A DNA stretch of 64,000 nt from Acidobacteriota bacterium. Lineage in GTDB: Bacteria > Acidobacteriota > UBA6911. Under the pieces are notes generated by a model. That model was not told the origin of the DNA and ran no database searches. It saw only the letters and a list, made by a program, of their open reading frames with translations. Positions 18,974 to 28,177 of the stretch are shown here, piece after piece; the stretch's first letter is position 1; each line of letters starts with the position of its first letter. Both the position numbers and the translations under genes were made by a program. The DNA is taken from contig OY761556.1 in NCBI GenBank assembly GCA_963664705.1, positions 3,520,001 through 3,584,000 on the forward strand, written 5' to 3'.

Positions 18974-19275
18974 CTAATTTCGTGGATTGCGTTTCTTTCG
19001 CGAAATACGCGAATTGCGCGTGTCGTCCCGCAGGACAGTTTCATCATTGCAGTTAACGATATATCGCTCCACGTCCGGAAGGTATACTTGGTATTTCCTG
19101 CCATTCCGTACAGCGAGAACACAACCCTGCTCAACCCATAGCTGCAGGGTTCGCTGGGAAAGGCCAAGATCATTGGCCGCCTGCGCTGTCGAAGCAAACA
19201 AAAGCTTGGCTTATCTGATGAAGCCGATAGGAAAAGACTTAGCAACTCCTGTTCATTCCTTGGATGTTTTTCCAT
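18974..19275 (-). CDS. Excisionase-like (MerR-type HTH) DNA-binding protein, probably frameshifted near 19205-19215
   Basis: FASTAQAANDLGLSQRTLQLWVEQGCVLAVRNGRKYQVYLPDVERYI is an HTH_17-type pattern. Upstream ATG at 19275 (MEKHPRNEQELLSLFLSASSDK) is in a different frame. Confidence 0.6.
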
Positions 19276-19413
19276 GCGTCCCGCCAATCTTCCACTTATG
19301 GAACCACGCGTCGTTTGGGCACAGCTTGGCCCCTTAATATGCAAGAACGCAAGAGAGTGGAAATCGCCTACTCTCTTTTTCACATTTTTCGGCAAAACCG
19401 CGATTACTTCTAT

Positions 19414-20952
19414 TTACGACTGCCAGTAGGTGCGGTCGAGCGTGCGGTATTGGATAGCCTCGGAGACATGGCGGGCAAGAATCTTGTCCATGCCGTCCAG
19501 GTCGGCCATGGTCCTGGAGACGCGCAGAATGCGGTCATACGCGCGCGCGGATAAACCAAGCTTTGTGATGGCATTCTCCATCTGTTTTTCCGACTCGGCA
19601 TCCAGCTTGCAAAAACGACGGATCGTGCGCGCTGTCATCTGGGCGTTGCAGTAGATGCCAAAAGCCTCCAGTCGTTTGCACTGAGCATTCCGCGCGGCCA
19701 GGATGCGTCCACGAATTACCGTGGACTCCTCACATTTATCATCCTGCGCCAATTCCTTGTATTTGACGGCCGGCACCTGGATATGTAAATCGATTCTGTC
19801 GAGCAAAGGCCCGGACACTCTTGCCAGGTATCGCTGAATCAGCGGCGGCGTGCAGGTGCAGTCGTGCTGCGTATCGCCAAAATACCCGCACTGGCAGGGA
19901 TTCATCGCGGCAGCCAGCATGAACCGCGCGGGAAACGTCAGGGACATTGCGGCTCTTGAAATTGTGACCTCCCCGTCCTCCAGCGGCTGTCGCAGCACAT
20001 CCAGGACATGGCGATGAAACTCCGGAAGCTCGTCGAGAAAAAGCACGCCGTTATGCGCCAGGCTTACCTCTCCGGGCCGTGGCATTGTGCCGCCGCCGAT
20101 GAGGCCGGCATCGGAAATGGTATGATGCGGAGCGCGAAAGGGGCGCATGGCAATCAGCCCGGCCTGATTGGAAAGCAGCCCGGCTACAGAATGTATTTTG
20201 GTCGTTTCAATCGCCTCATCAAAAGACATCGGTGGAAGAATTGTCGGTAGCCGACGCGCCAGCATTGTTTTTCCCGAGCCTGGGGGCCCGATCAAAATAA
20301 TATTGTGCCCGCCAGCCACCGCGACCTCCATCGCGCGCTTGGCCTGGTATTGCCCCTTCACGTCTCTGAAATCGACATCGTAATGGCTGTGTTGCGCAAG
20401 AAGCTGTTCTCGATCCACCGCCAGCGGGATCCAGGGCTGTTTGCCATTGAGCAAATCGACCACCTGGGCCAGCGACCGCACGGGAAATGTGCGTACGCCA
20501 TCTACCACCGCGGCCTCGCGTGCATTGGCTTCCGGCACAATCAGGTGTTGCAGTCCCTTTTCTCGGGCCATCGATGCCATGGACAGGGTGCCTTTGACCG
20601 GCCGGATCGATCCATCCAAAGACAGTTCACCCATGAACAGGTAAGCCGACAGATTCTGCATCCGGACACACCCGGATGCCCCCAGGATCCCTACTGCCAT
20701 GGGAAGATCAAACCCGGACCCTTCTTTTTTCAGATCCGCCGGGGCAAGGTTGATCGTTATCCGCTGGGCAGGAAGAACAAATCCGCAATTCCGGAGAGCC
20801 GCTCGTACGCGCTCACTGCTCTCACGAACCGCAGTATCGGGAAGCCCGACCGTCATAAAATCCAGCTTTTGCCCGGAACTGAGGTCCACCTCCACTGAGA
20901 TTGGATATGCCTTGATGCCAAAGACAGCCGCTGATTGGACTCGAAACAACAT
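19414..20952 (-). CDS. comM: YifB/ComM family Mg-chelatase-like AAA+ ATPase
   Basis: [71 protein letters not shown]; ATG 20952 after AGGAG. Confidence 0.95.
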   Translation of the reverse strand: MLFRVQSAAVFGIKAYPISVEVDLSSGQKLDFMTVGLPDTAVRESSERVRAALRNCGFVLPAQRITINLAPADLKKEGSGFDLPMAVGILGASGCVRMQNLSAYLFMGELSLDGSIRPVKGTLSMASMAREKGLQHLIVPEANAREAAVVDGVRTFPVRSLAQVVDLLNGKQPWIPLAVDREQLLAQHSHYDVDFRDVKGQYQAKRAMEVAVAGGHNIILIGPPGSGKTMLARRLPTILPPMSFDEAIETTKIHSVAGLLSNQAGLIAMRPFRAPHHTISDAGLIGGGTMPRPGEVSLAHNGVLFLDELPEFHRHVLDVLRQPLEDGEVTISRAAMSLTFPARFMLAAAMNPCQCGYFGDTQHDCTCTPPLIQRYLARVSGPLLDRIDLHIQVPAVKYKELAQDDKCEESTVIRGRILAARNAQCKRLEAFGIYCNAQMTARTIRRFCKLDAESEKQMENAITKLGLSARAYDRILRVSRTMADLDGMDKILARHVSEAIQYRTLDRTYWQS

Positions 20953-21061
20953 GGGCCTGATACTCCTTTCGTATATCCAATGGCTTCCTGTCATTTTGAG
21001 CGAAAATATTTTGCTAATTTGCTCAACCCTGCCACTAGAAGAAGGATCCTTATGCGGGAAC

Positions 21062-21070
21062 TGGTATAAT
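21062..21070 (+). promoter_or_regulatory. Extended -10 promoter for hflX
   Basis: TGGTATAAT matches TGnTATAAT, about 28 nt upstream of the proposed hflX start. Confidence 0.6.
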
Positions 21071-21098
21071 CAGGCTTTATTCAATAAGGGGCGTTCTC

Positions 21099-22736
21099 AT
21101 CCACAAGATAGACGGCAATACTCTAGGAATTAAGCAATCGCAGCGCGGCGCTCTCGAGCGCGTCTTCCGGCGGCGTGTCGCGCCTGACCAGGTCGTTTCG
21201 CCGGAGCTGGCCAAATACTTGTCCGCTCTTTCCAGGGAACTTGGCCGCCAGGTCGGCGTTTTTTTGTCCAGAGACGGTATGATTCGAAATGTGATCCTCG
21301 GGGATGCCACGCACCTTGAGCTGCCAGACATCGGCCGGCTTCGGGGCGGCACCGGAAGGTTTCGCGGACTCCGTCTTGTCCATACACACCTGCGCGGCGA
21401 GCCGGTTACGCAGGATGATCTGAACGATCTCACCCTTTTGCGCCTGGATCTGATCGCCGTTATCCACGCCACGAACGAGGGGGACGCGGGCAGGATCGAA
21501 CTGGCGCACATTCTTCCGATCACGGATGGCGATCTGAAATCGGAACCCTTCCGAAAGATCGAAGCTCGCGACATCTACCATCTGAAGTTTGATTTCGAAG
21601 AGGAAATCCGGGCGCTCGAAAGCGAGTTCTCGCGCACCACGGAACACAGCGCTGAGGAGACACTCCATGAACGGGCCCTGGTCTTGTGTATCACTCCAGG
21701 CGAAGCGGCCCGATCAGAGGTAACCGAACTCGTCCGGGCTGCAGGGGTTGAGATTGCGGAAGTCATGACCTTCGCGGGAGGCCAGATCCACCCGCGTACG
21801 GTTGTCGGCCAGGGTCGACTCCAGCGCATAGCCCTGGCCGCAATGCGGCGCGGCGCGGATGTAGCCATTTTCGATATCGACCTGAAGCCCAACCAGGCGC
21901 GCGCCTTCGAAGATACCACGGGATTGAAAGCCGTCGACCGCACGCAGTTGATCCTCGACATCTTTGCACAGCGCGCGCGCAGCCGTGACGGTAAGCTTCA
22001 GGTGGAACTGGCGCAATTGAAGTATTCGCTTCCCCGGCTGACCGAGGAAGATGCCGGGCTGTCGCGACTGGTCGGAGGAATCGGGGGCCGCGGCCCTGGA
22101 GAAACGGTTCTGGAAATAGGACGACGGCGCGCACGCAGCCGGATTCGTCACCTTGAAAAAGAAATCCAGCAGTTATCCAAACAGCGCAGCGTGCGCCGGC
22201 ACCGGCGCAATCGCCAGGGCCTGCCAGTGCTTTCGATTATCGGTTACACGAACGCGGGAAAAAGCACGCTGCTCAATGCCCTGACGGAAAGCGAGATCGA
22301 CACCGCCGACCAGATGTTCGTTACGCTGGATCCCACCTCGCGACGATTGCGTTTCCCGAAGCAGGGAGACGTGATCATCACCGATACGGTCGGATTTATT
22401 CGCGATCTGCCCCCGGATCTTGTGACCGCATTCCGCGCTACCCTCGAGGAATTGTCCGATGCGGACCTGCTGCTCCATGTCGTGGACGCTTCGGATCCGG
22501 GCCTTGAGAGAAAGATGGATGCGGTAAATCGCGTCCTGAACGACCTGGAGCTCCACACGGTTCCGCGCCTGGTTGTCATGAACAAATCCGACCGGGTTGA
22601 GCCGGCGGTCATGGACGGGATTTGCCGGCGCTATGAAGCGGTTGCGGTCAGCGCGCTTAAACGACAGGGGTTGAGCGCCCTGATTCAGACAGCCGAAAAA
22701 CGGATCCGTCACCAACCGCTGTCCCCGGGGGCGTAA
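21099..22736 (+). CDS. hflX: GTPase HflX (long form), probable ATC start
   Basis: DRTQLILDIFAQRARSRDGKLQVELAQLKY, GYTNAGKSTL, DTVGFI, NKSD. Conserved-looking N-terminus (IDGNTLGIKQSQ..LERVFRRRV) runs 40 codons upstream of the TTG at 21219. Confidence 0.92.
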   Translation: MHKIDGNTLGIKQSQRGALERVFRRRVAPDQVVSPELAKYLSALSRELGRQVGVFLSRDGMIRNVILGDATHLELPDIGRLRGGTGRFRGLRLVHTHLRGEPVTQDDLNDLTLLRLDLIAVIHATNEGDAGRIELAHILPITDGDLKSEPFRKIEARDIYHLKFDFEEEIRALESEFSRTTEHSAEETLHERALVLCITPGEAARSEVTELVRAAGVEIAEVMTFAGGQIHPRTVVGQGRLQRIALAAMRRGADVAIFDIDLKPNQARAFEDTTGLKAVDRTQLILDIFAQRARSRDGKLQVELAQLKYSLPRLTEEDAGLSRLVGGIGGRGPGETVLEIGRRRARSRIRHLEKEIQQLSKQRSVRRHRRNRQGLPVLSIIGYTNAGKSTLLNALTESEIDTADQMFVTLDPTSRRLRFPKQGDVIITDTVGFIRDLPPDLVTAFRATLEELSDADLLLHVVDASDPGLERKMDAVNRVLNDLELHTVPRLVVMNKSDRVEPAVMDGICRRYEAVAVSALKRQGLSALIQTAEKRIRHQPLSPGA

Positions 22737-22945
22737 AGGGCCAATCACAGCTCCCGCTTGAAGAACGATCCCGGCTCGCTGTCTTCCTATGTCTCCCTGC
22801 CACTGGGTAAATCTGGGATCACAAATGCTTTAGCGCTTGTGCCCTAACCTTTGATTGTGCTAAAAACAGCAAAAATATTAGGAGTCATGTTGTACAGTGG
22901 GGATCCACTGTAATACCCGATCTATAGCATCGGAAGGGAAGGAAA

Positions 22946-24688
22946 ATGAAAAATAGGCAACTCTTAGCATGCATTGCTGTCGTGATCATGGCAGCAGTGG
23001 CATTTGCCGGCTTTGCACCCGTGCAGGCACAGCAAAAGGCCACCGCCAAGCCCAAGATTACGGTGCTGAATCCCGCTATCGAAAGCAAGATGGCGGATCG
23101 CATACCACTTTCTCCTCGCCTGGACACGCTCGAGGGGAAGACACTGTACCTGGTCGATATCAACTGGGGCGGCCCCGAGGCAGCCTACAGCGTGTTTGAG
23201 GAAATGCAGGCCTGGTTTGCTCAAAACATGCCCAGTGTGAAAATCATCATCAAACGAAAAGCCGGATCGTACACCACAGACGATAAGCCGCTGTGGGCGG
23301 AGATCAAAAAGAATGGAAATGCCGCTTTGATCGGCATATCGGGTTGAGATGGCTGCACGTCGGCCGTGAGCCAACATTGCAGAAGTCTCGAGTTGATGGG
23401 CATTCCGACCTCAGGCGCAGCTGCTGCCAATATCGTGAGGTATGCGGTCGGGTATGATTTTGAATATACAAACGGCATGCCGATTCGCTATGTCGGATTC
23501 CCGTTCCCGGTAGCCGGACAGCCGAAGGCTGTTCACCACAAGTATGTTTTTGAAAGCAAAGATGTATTGACCGGCAAGCCGATGATGCAGGCCATCATCG
23601 ACAATCTTACAAAGCCGCTGACTGATAAGGAAAAGATCGCGGGAAAGCCTCCTGAAGCCAAAGTTGAGCCACGGCTTCTGCCTCCCGGTAACGAGGATGA
23701 ACTGCAGCAAGTCTTCAAGGATAATGATTGGACCGACTATAATCCCATCATTCTTCCGACTGAAGAACGAGTCGCTGCAATGCTGAAGGGAACCAGCCGA
23801 AAACCCACCGATAAAGTAAAAGAACTGAATTGGCCGGGCGGAAAGCGGAACCTCACAGTCGAAAAGGTTGCGGTCTGCGCCGTGATGGCGGGTGCAAAAC
23901 CGGAACACTTCCCCCTAATCCTGGCCCTGGCAACCGCACTTCCGTTCGGAAATTCGACAAGCTCCATGGCAAACATGATTCTTGTCAACGGTCCGATACG
24001 GAACCAGGTAAAGATGAACTACGGGCTGAACACCATGGGACCGCACAATGAAGTGAACGCGGTTCTGGGAAGATCCTTCACGTTGATGTCGAAAACCGCC
24101 GGAAATCTGCACTCCGGAAAAACGACGTTCAGCGGTCTGGGAAGCAACCTGCAATACAACAATGTGTGCTTCGCGGAAAACGAAGAAGCGCTGCCCGCAG
24201 GATGGAATCCTGTCCACGTACAGATGGGCAACAAGCCGACCGACAGCACTGTGACAGTGGCGACCGGCTGGTCCTATATCTCGAGCGTGGGTGAAGTGCA
24301 AAGAGGATATCCTCCACAGTTCCTGATGCGTGATTACATGCGATCGCTGTCCGGCATGGGCGGCACGGTAATCATGGATCCGTCCGTGGCAGCCCTGATG
24401 AAGGATGCCCAGGGATTCAATAGCAAAGAAGACCTGTCCAAGTGGCTTGCTCAGAATATCGAGAAGACCGTATCGTCCTATTGGGGCAATGGCGTGATCT
24501 CGACGATGTTTGCAACCATGGCGATTCAGGGACTCGAACCCTATGCATCCCAGAAGAAGATGCCCCCCGACACACTGATCAAGCCCTTCCAAAGGGTTGG
24601 AGTGGTTGTAGCGGGTGGCGGGCAGACCACCTGGTTTGTGACCGATTTTGGTCTCGGCCGGGGTGAACTGGTCGATAACTGGAAGTAG
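22946..24688 (+). CDS. Exported UGSC-like selenoprotein paralog 2 (580 aa; TGA 23345-23347 read as Sec, U134, motif SG-U-DGC)
   Basis: ORFs 22946..23347 and 23366..24688 are in frame. Read-through gives NAALIGISG-U-DGCTSAVSQHCRSLELMGIP; signal peptide; homologous to the other three paralogs but the most divergent. Confidence 0.83.
23350..23382 (+). promoter_or_regulatory. Putative SECIS element (paralog 2)
   Basis: After the UGA: lower stem CUGCA/UGCAG and upper stem GUcGGC[CGUGA]GCCaAC starting at +12. An alternative fold UGGCU-G-CACG[UCGGC]CGUG-AGCCA is also possible. Confidence 0.5.
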
Positions 24689-24718
24689 TCGACAGTCGAT
24701 AATCGGCAGTCGGCGGGG

Positions 24719-24768
24719 AAGGCCGCAGAACGGCATCGGGAATCCCGATTCAGTTCTGCGGCCTTTCT
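24719..24768 (+). terminator. Rho-independent terminator-like hairpin after paralog 2
   Basis: AAGGCCGCAGAAC...GTTCTGCGGCCTT followed by T-rich sequence. Confidence 0.6.
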
Positions 24769-24942
24769 GTTGTCGCAAGACTCTAACTTCATAAAAAACA
24801 ATTATTTAGAGTCTGTGTTTCCGCAAGGCCACAAAACGCATGTTTTGCCTGGCCCGCAGCAGTTTTAATGAAATTCCCTCACCCCTGGGACGTAGTTACC
24901 CTATGGTGGCATCAATTTAACTAAAACACGGAGGAATCACGC

Positions 24943-26682
24943 ATGAAGTTGCGTACCGCAGTAATTGCAATTTTGTGCCTGGGTCTTTGTCTCAGTTTCT
25001 CTGCACTGAGCATTCAGACCTATGCGCAAGGAAAGAAGGCAGCTCCGGCTGGTAAACCGGTGGCCGTGGCCAAGATTACGGTACTCAGTCCGATGGGTAC
25101 ACCGCCCCCGATTACCCTCAAGAACCAGGCACCGCGCCTGGATACGCTTGACGGCAAAACCATTTATCTGGTGAACACGGGATTTGTCGGAACTGAACGC
25201 CTGATGGAAGTCATGACGGAGTGGTTCAAGGAAAATCATCCCAAAACCACCATCGTCAACAAAAGAAATCCTTCAATGGATCAGCCCAATAAACAGCTGT
25301 GGGCTGAGCTCAATGAGAAGGCTGACGGCGTCATCATCGGGCTGGGTCATTGAAGTGTTTGCGCGCCTGGGGCGGTTCGCCTCAGCATTGACATCGAATC
25401 CAACTTCAAGAAACCCTCAATCCCTCTCATCCTGTCTGATTTCGCCAAACAGGAAGCCGAAGTCGCTCTTACCAGCGGTATGCCTGGCCTCCGCATTCAA
25501 TATTTCCGTGGCCCGGTTTGGGGCAAAACCAACGAACAGCTCAAGAAACAGATTATTGAAGGCCTCAATCCGGTAACAGGAAAACCGGTGATGCCAGAAA
25601 TCATCGAAAAACTCACCAAACCTCTGACCGCCGAGGAAAAGAAGACCGGGGATATCAAGGTGGATAAAGGCCCGGCCACTTTCACCGGCACGCCGGATGA
25701 ACTCCAGAAGCTGTTCCTTGACAAACGAATGACCGATTTCATGCCCATCATTCTTCCGACCGAAGAGAAGGTTGAAGAAATGCTGAAGGGCACCAGCCAC
25801 CGTCCGGACGAGCTTCTTGGCAAAATGAACCCGGGCTCCGAAGCTGGTGACGTTTGGACCTATACGGTCAAAGATGCCGCCGTTAACGCCGTTATGGCCG
25901 GTGCCAAACCGGAATACTTCCCGGTTATCCTGGCACTCGGTTCGACTGGTTCGCCGAGCGTCAATGTGTCCGATAACGGCTTCATGGCCGGTGCCGTCGT
26001 AAACGGCCCCATCCGTGACGAAATCAAACTCAATTACGAAATCGGCGCCGTGGGTCCCTATGCCCAGGCGAATACGACGATCGGAAGAGCCTGGAACCTG
26101 CTGTCCATCAATGGCGGGAACTGCGGCAAAGTCGGGACGACCTACATGGGCACCGTAGGAAATGCCCACAACTATGTCAGCCCTATCATTGCCGAAAACG
26201 AACGCGATTCTCCATTCAAGCCGCTGGCCGTACGCCGCGGATTCAAGGAGAATGAGAATATCGTCACCCTGTTCATGGGCTGGGGTATTCTTTCCGCGAA
26301 AAACTGGAAAGCCGATGTTTGGGGATCCAACATGAATTATCCCCAGATCATCAAAGACATTTTCAACCAGCAGGATCCCATGTTCGGGACGATCGCCGTC
26401 CTGAGTCCGCCTATTGCCAATTTCGTGAAAGATGCCGGCTATGATACAGCCGAAAAATTCACGGAATGGGTAACGGCGCCTGTGAATCCCCCTGCAGCTC
26501 CGGCTGGCGCTCCTGCCGGCGGGCCTGCCGGTCGCGGCCCCGGTGGACCTGGCGGACGCGGCGGCATGGGCATGATGGGCGGCGCATTCAGCGTCGTCGT
26601 CACTGGCGGCACCAACAACAACTACTGGATGATGGGCGGCATGAGGCCTGGTCAGTCCATTCAGATTGATAAATGGCGGTAG
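24943..26682 (+). CDS. Exported UGSC-like selenoprotein paralog 3 (579 aa; TGA 25351-25353 read as Sec, U137, motif GH-U-SVC)
   Basis: ORFs 24943..25353 and 25480..26682 are in frame with no other stop between them. Read-through gives DGVIIGLGH-U-SVCAPGAVRLSIDIE; GGAGG RBS and signal peptide. Confidence 0.87.
25367..25385 (+). promoter_or_regulatory. Putative SECIS element (paralog 3)
   Basis: CUGGGGCG[GUU]CGCCUCAG: 8-bp stem (one GU pair) starting at +14 after the UGA. Confidence 0.6.
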
Positions 26683-26729
26683 TCAGTAGCCAGTAGCCAG
26701 TAATCAGTAGGCAGTAGGCAGTAGGCAGT
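26679..26729. repeat. Heptamer tandem repeat (CAGTAGS)n
   Basis: gtagtcagtagccagtagccagtaatcagtaggcagtaggcagtaggcagt directly after the paralog 3 stop. Confidence 0.75.
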
Positions 26730-26730
26730 G

Positions 26731-26768
26731 AAAAACGGCAGCGGGTATCGTCACCTGCTGCCGTTTTT
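26731..26768 (+). terminator. Rho-independent terminator after paralog 3
   Basis: AAAAACGGCAGCGG...CCTGCTGCCGTTTTT with a T-run. Confidence 0.75.
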
Positions 26769-26975
26769 ATTTTGTCGCGACAAGTCAGGCAACGGAGCCC
26801 ATTGGAGTACCGGCGTCTCGCCCAATGCCATGGCATTTTTCCTTCGCCCCTTCAGCATGGGGCCGGTCGTTATGGCCAAAACATTGGTGACACTGACCGA
26901 CAGTGATCCCGTTTTAGGAGACTATTACTTATCTCAACGTCCGGACCAACCTCCTGCCATTGAAAGGAAAACTGC

Positions 26976-27131
26976 ATGCAGGAGAAAAAATACACCGGGA
27001 AACAAAGTAATAACAAACGCAAAAGTACGGGAGTGGTTAACCACACTCCCGTGCTAAACCCAAATGCTGCCGGCATTGACATTCATCCCACAAAGATCTT
27101 TATTGCCGTGCCTCAAGGTAGAGATGACAAG
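26976..27131 (+). pseudogene. IS110-family transposase N-terminal fragment
   Basis: PVLNPNAAGIDIHPTKIFIAVP resembles the IS110 DEDD N-terminal GIDI motif; similarity is lost after about 50 aa. Confidence 0.65.
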
Positions 27132-27316
27132 CTGATAAGCTTGCACGAATACTATGGCACCTTGTTTCCTTCAATGTACCCTATGATTCCTCGGTGTTTT
27201 TTGACGCGGCACAAAAGTATAAACAACGCTATAAGAAGAACCTTATAAAACGAATTGAATCTATGGGCTATCGTGTATCCCAAGATCCAGCCGACCCAGC
27301 GTTAGCACCCGCAGTT

Positions 27317-27533
27317 CCTTAGGAGGGCTTTTGGAGCTGCGGATATACCCCCCGGGCTCGCAAGCTCGCCCGGGGCTGCTATCTTTCGCACCTCGCGCTG
27401 GATCTTTGTTCCAATTGTTCGGAGCGCTGTGACCCGAACGAAGCAACAGGCCCGGAGGGCCGAAAGCAAGTAGCCAGGGGTGAGCGCAGCGAACCCCTGG
27501 TAGAATAGCGAAAAAATTGGAGCCCTCCTAAGG
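27317..27533. repeat. REP/BIME- or MITE-like composite palindromic element
   Basis: 13-bp terminal inverted repeats CCTTAGGAGGGCT / AGCCCTCCTAAGG; internal hairpins CCCCGGGC..GCCCGGGG and CCAGGGGT..ACCCCTGG. Confidence 0.6.
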
Positions 27534-27619
27534 CGCTCGATGCAAATCGGGAATCATAACTATATTTGTTCCAAGTATTTAACTAAACAGAGAAAAAGCA
27601 AAAAATAAATCGAGTTCCC

Positions 27620-28116
<497 letters not shown>

Positions 28117-28120
28117 CAAC

Positions 28121-28153
28121 AAAAAAAGCCAGCAGTAATAACTGCTGGCTTTT
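28121..28153 (-). terminator. Rho-independent terminator of the TonB receptor gene (intron target site)
   Basis: AAAAGCCAGCAGT-loop-ACTGCTGGCTTTT, with a T-run on the minus strand. Confidence 0.85.
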
Positions 28154-28177
28154 CTGCTTTCAGAGGTTGGCTAGATC

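Larger units (their letters stand above)
11795..19896. mobile_element. Genomic island inserted in comM with a 483-bp direct repeat; cargo is XRE regulator, immunity, Rhs toxin, secreted protein and excisionase-like HTH; no integrase
   Basis: Direct repeats 11795-12277 and 19414-19896 (offset 7619 bp), AT-richer cargo, excisionase-like and XRE genes. Confidence 0.8.

Noticed and set aside
26679-26729. Possible CRISPR array or other spacer-repeat structure
   Set aside because: These are only tandem heptamers without spacers, and there are no cas genes in the window.
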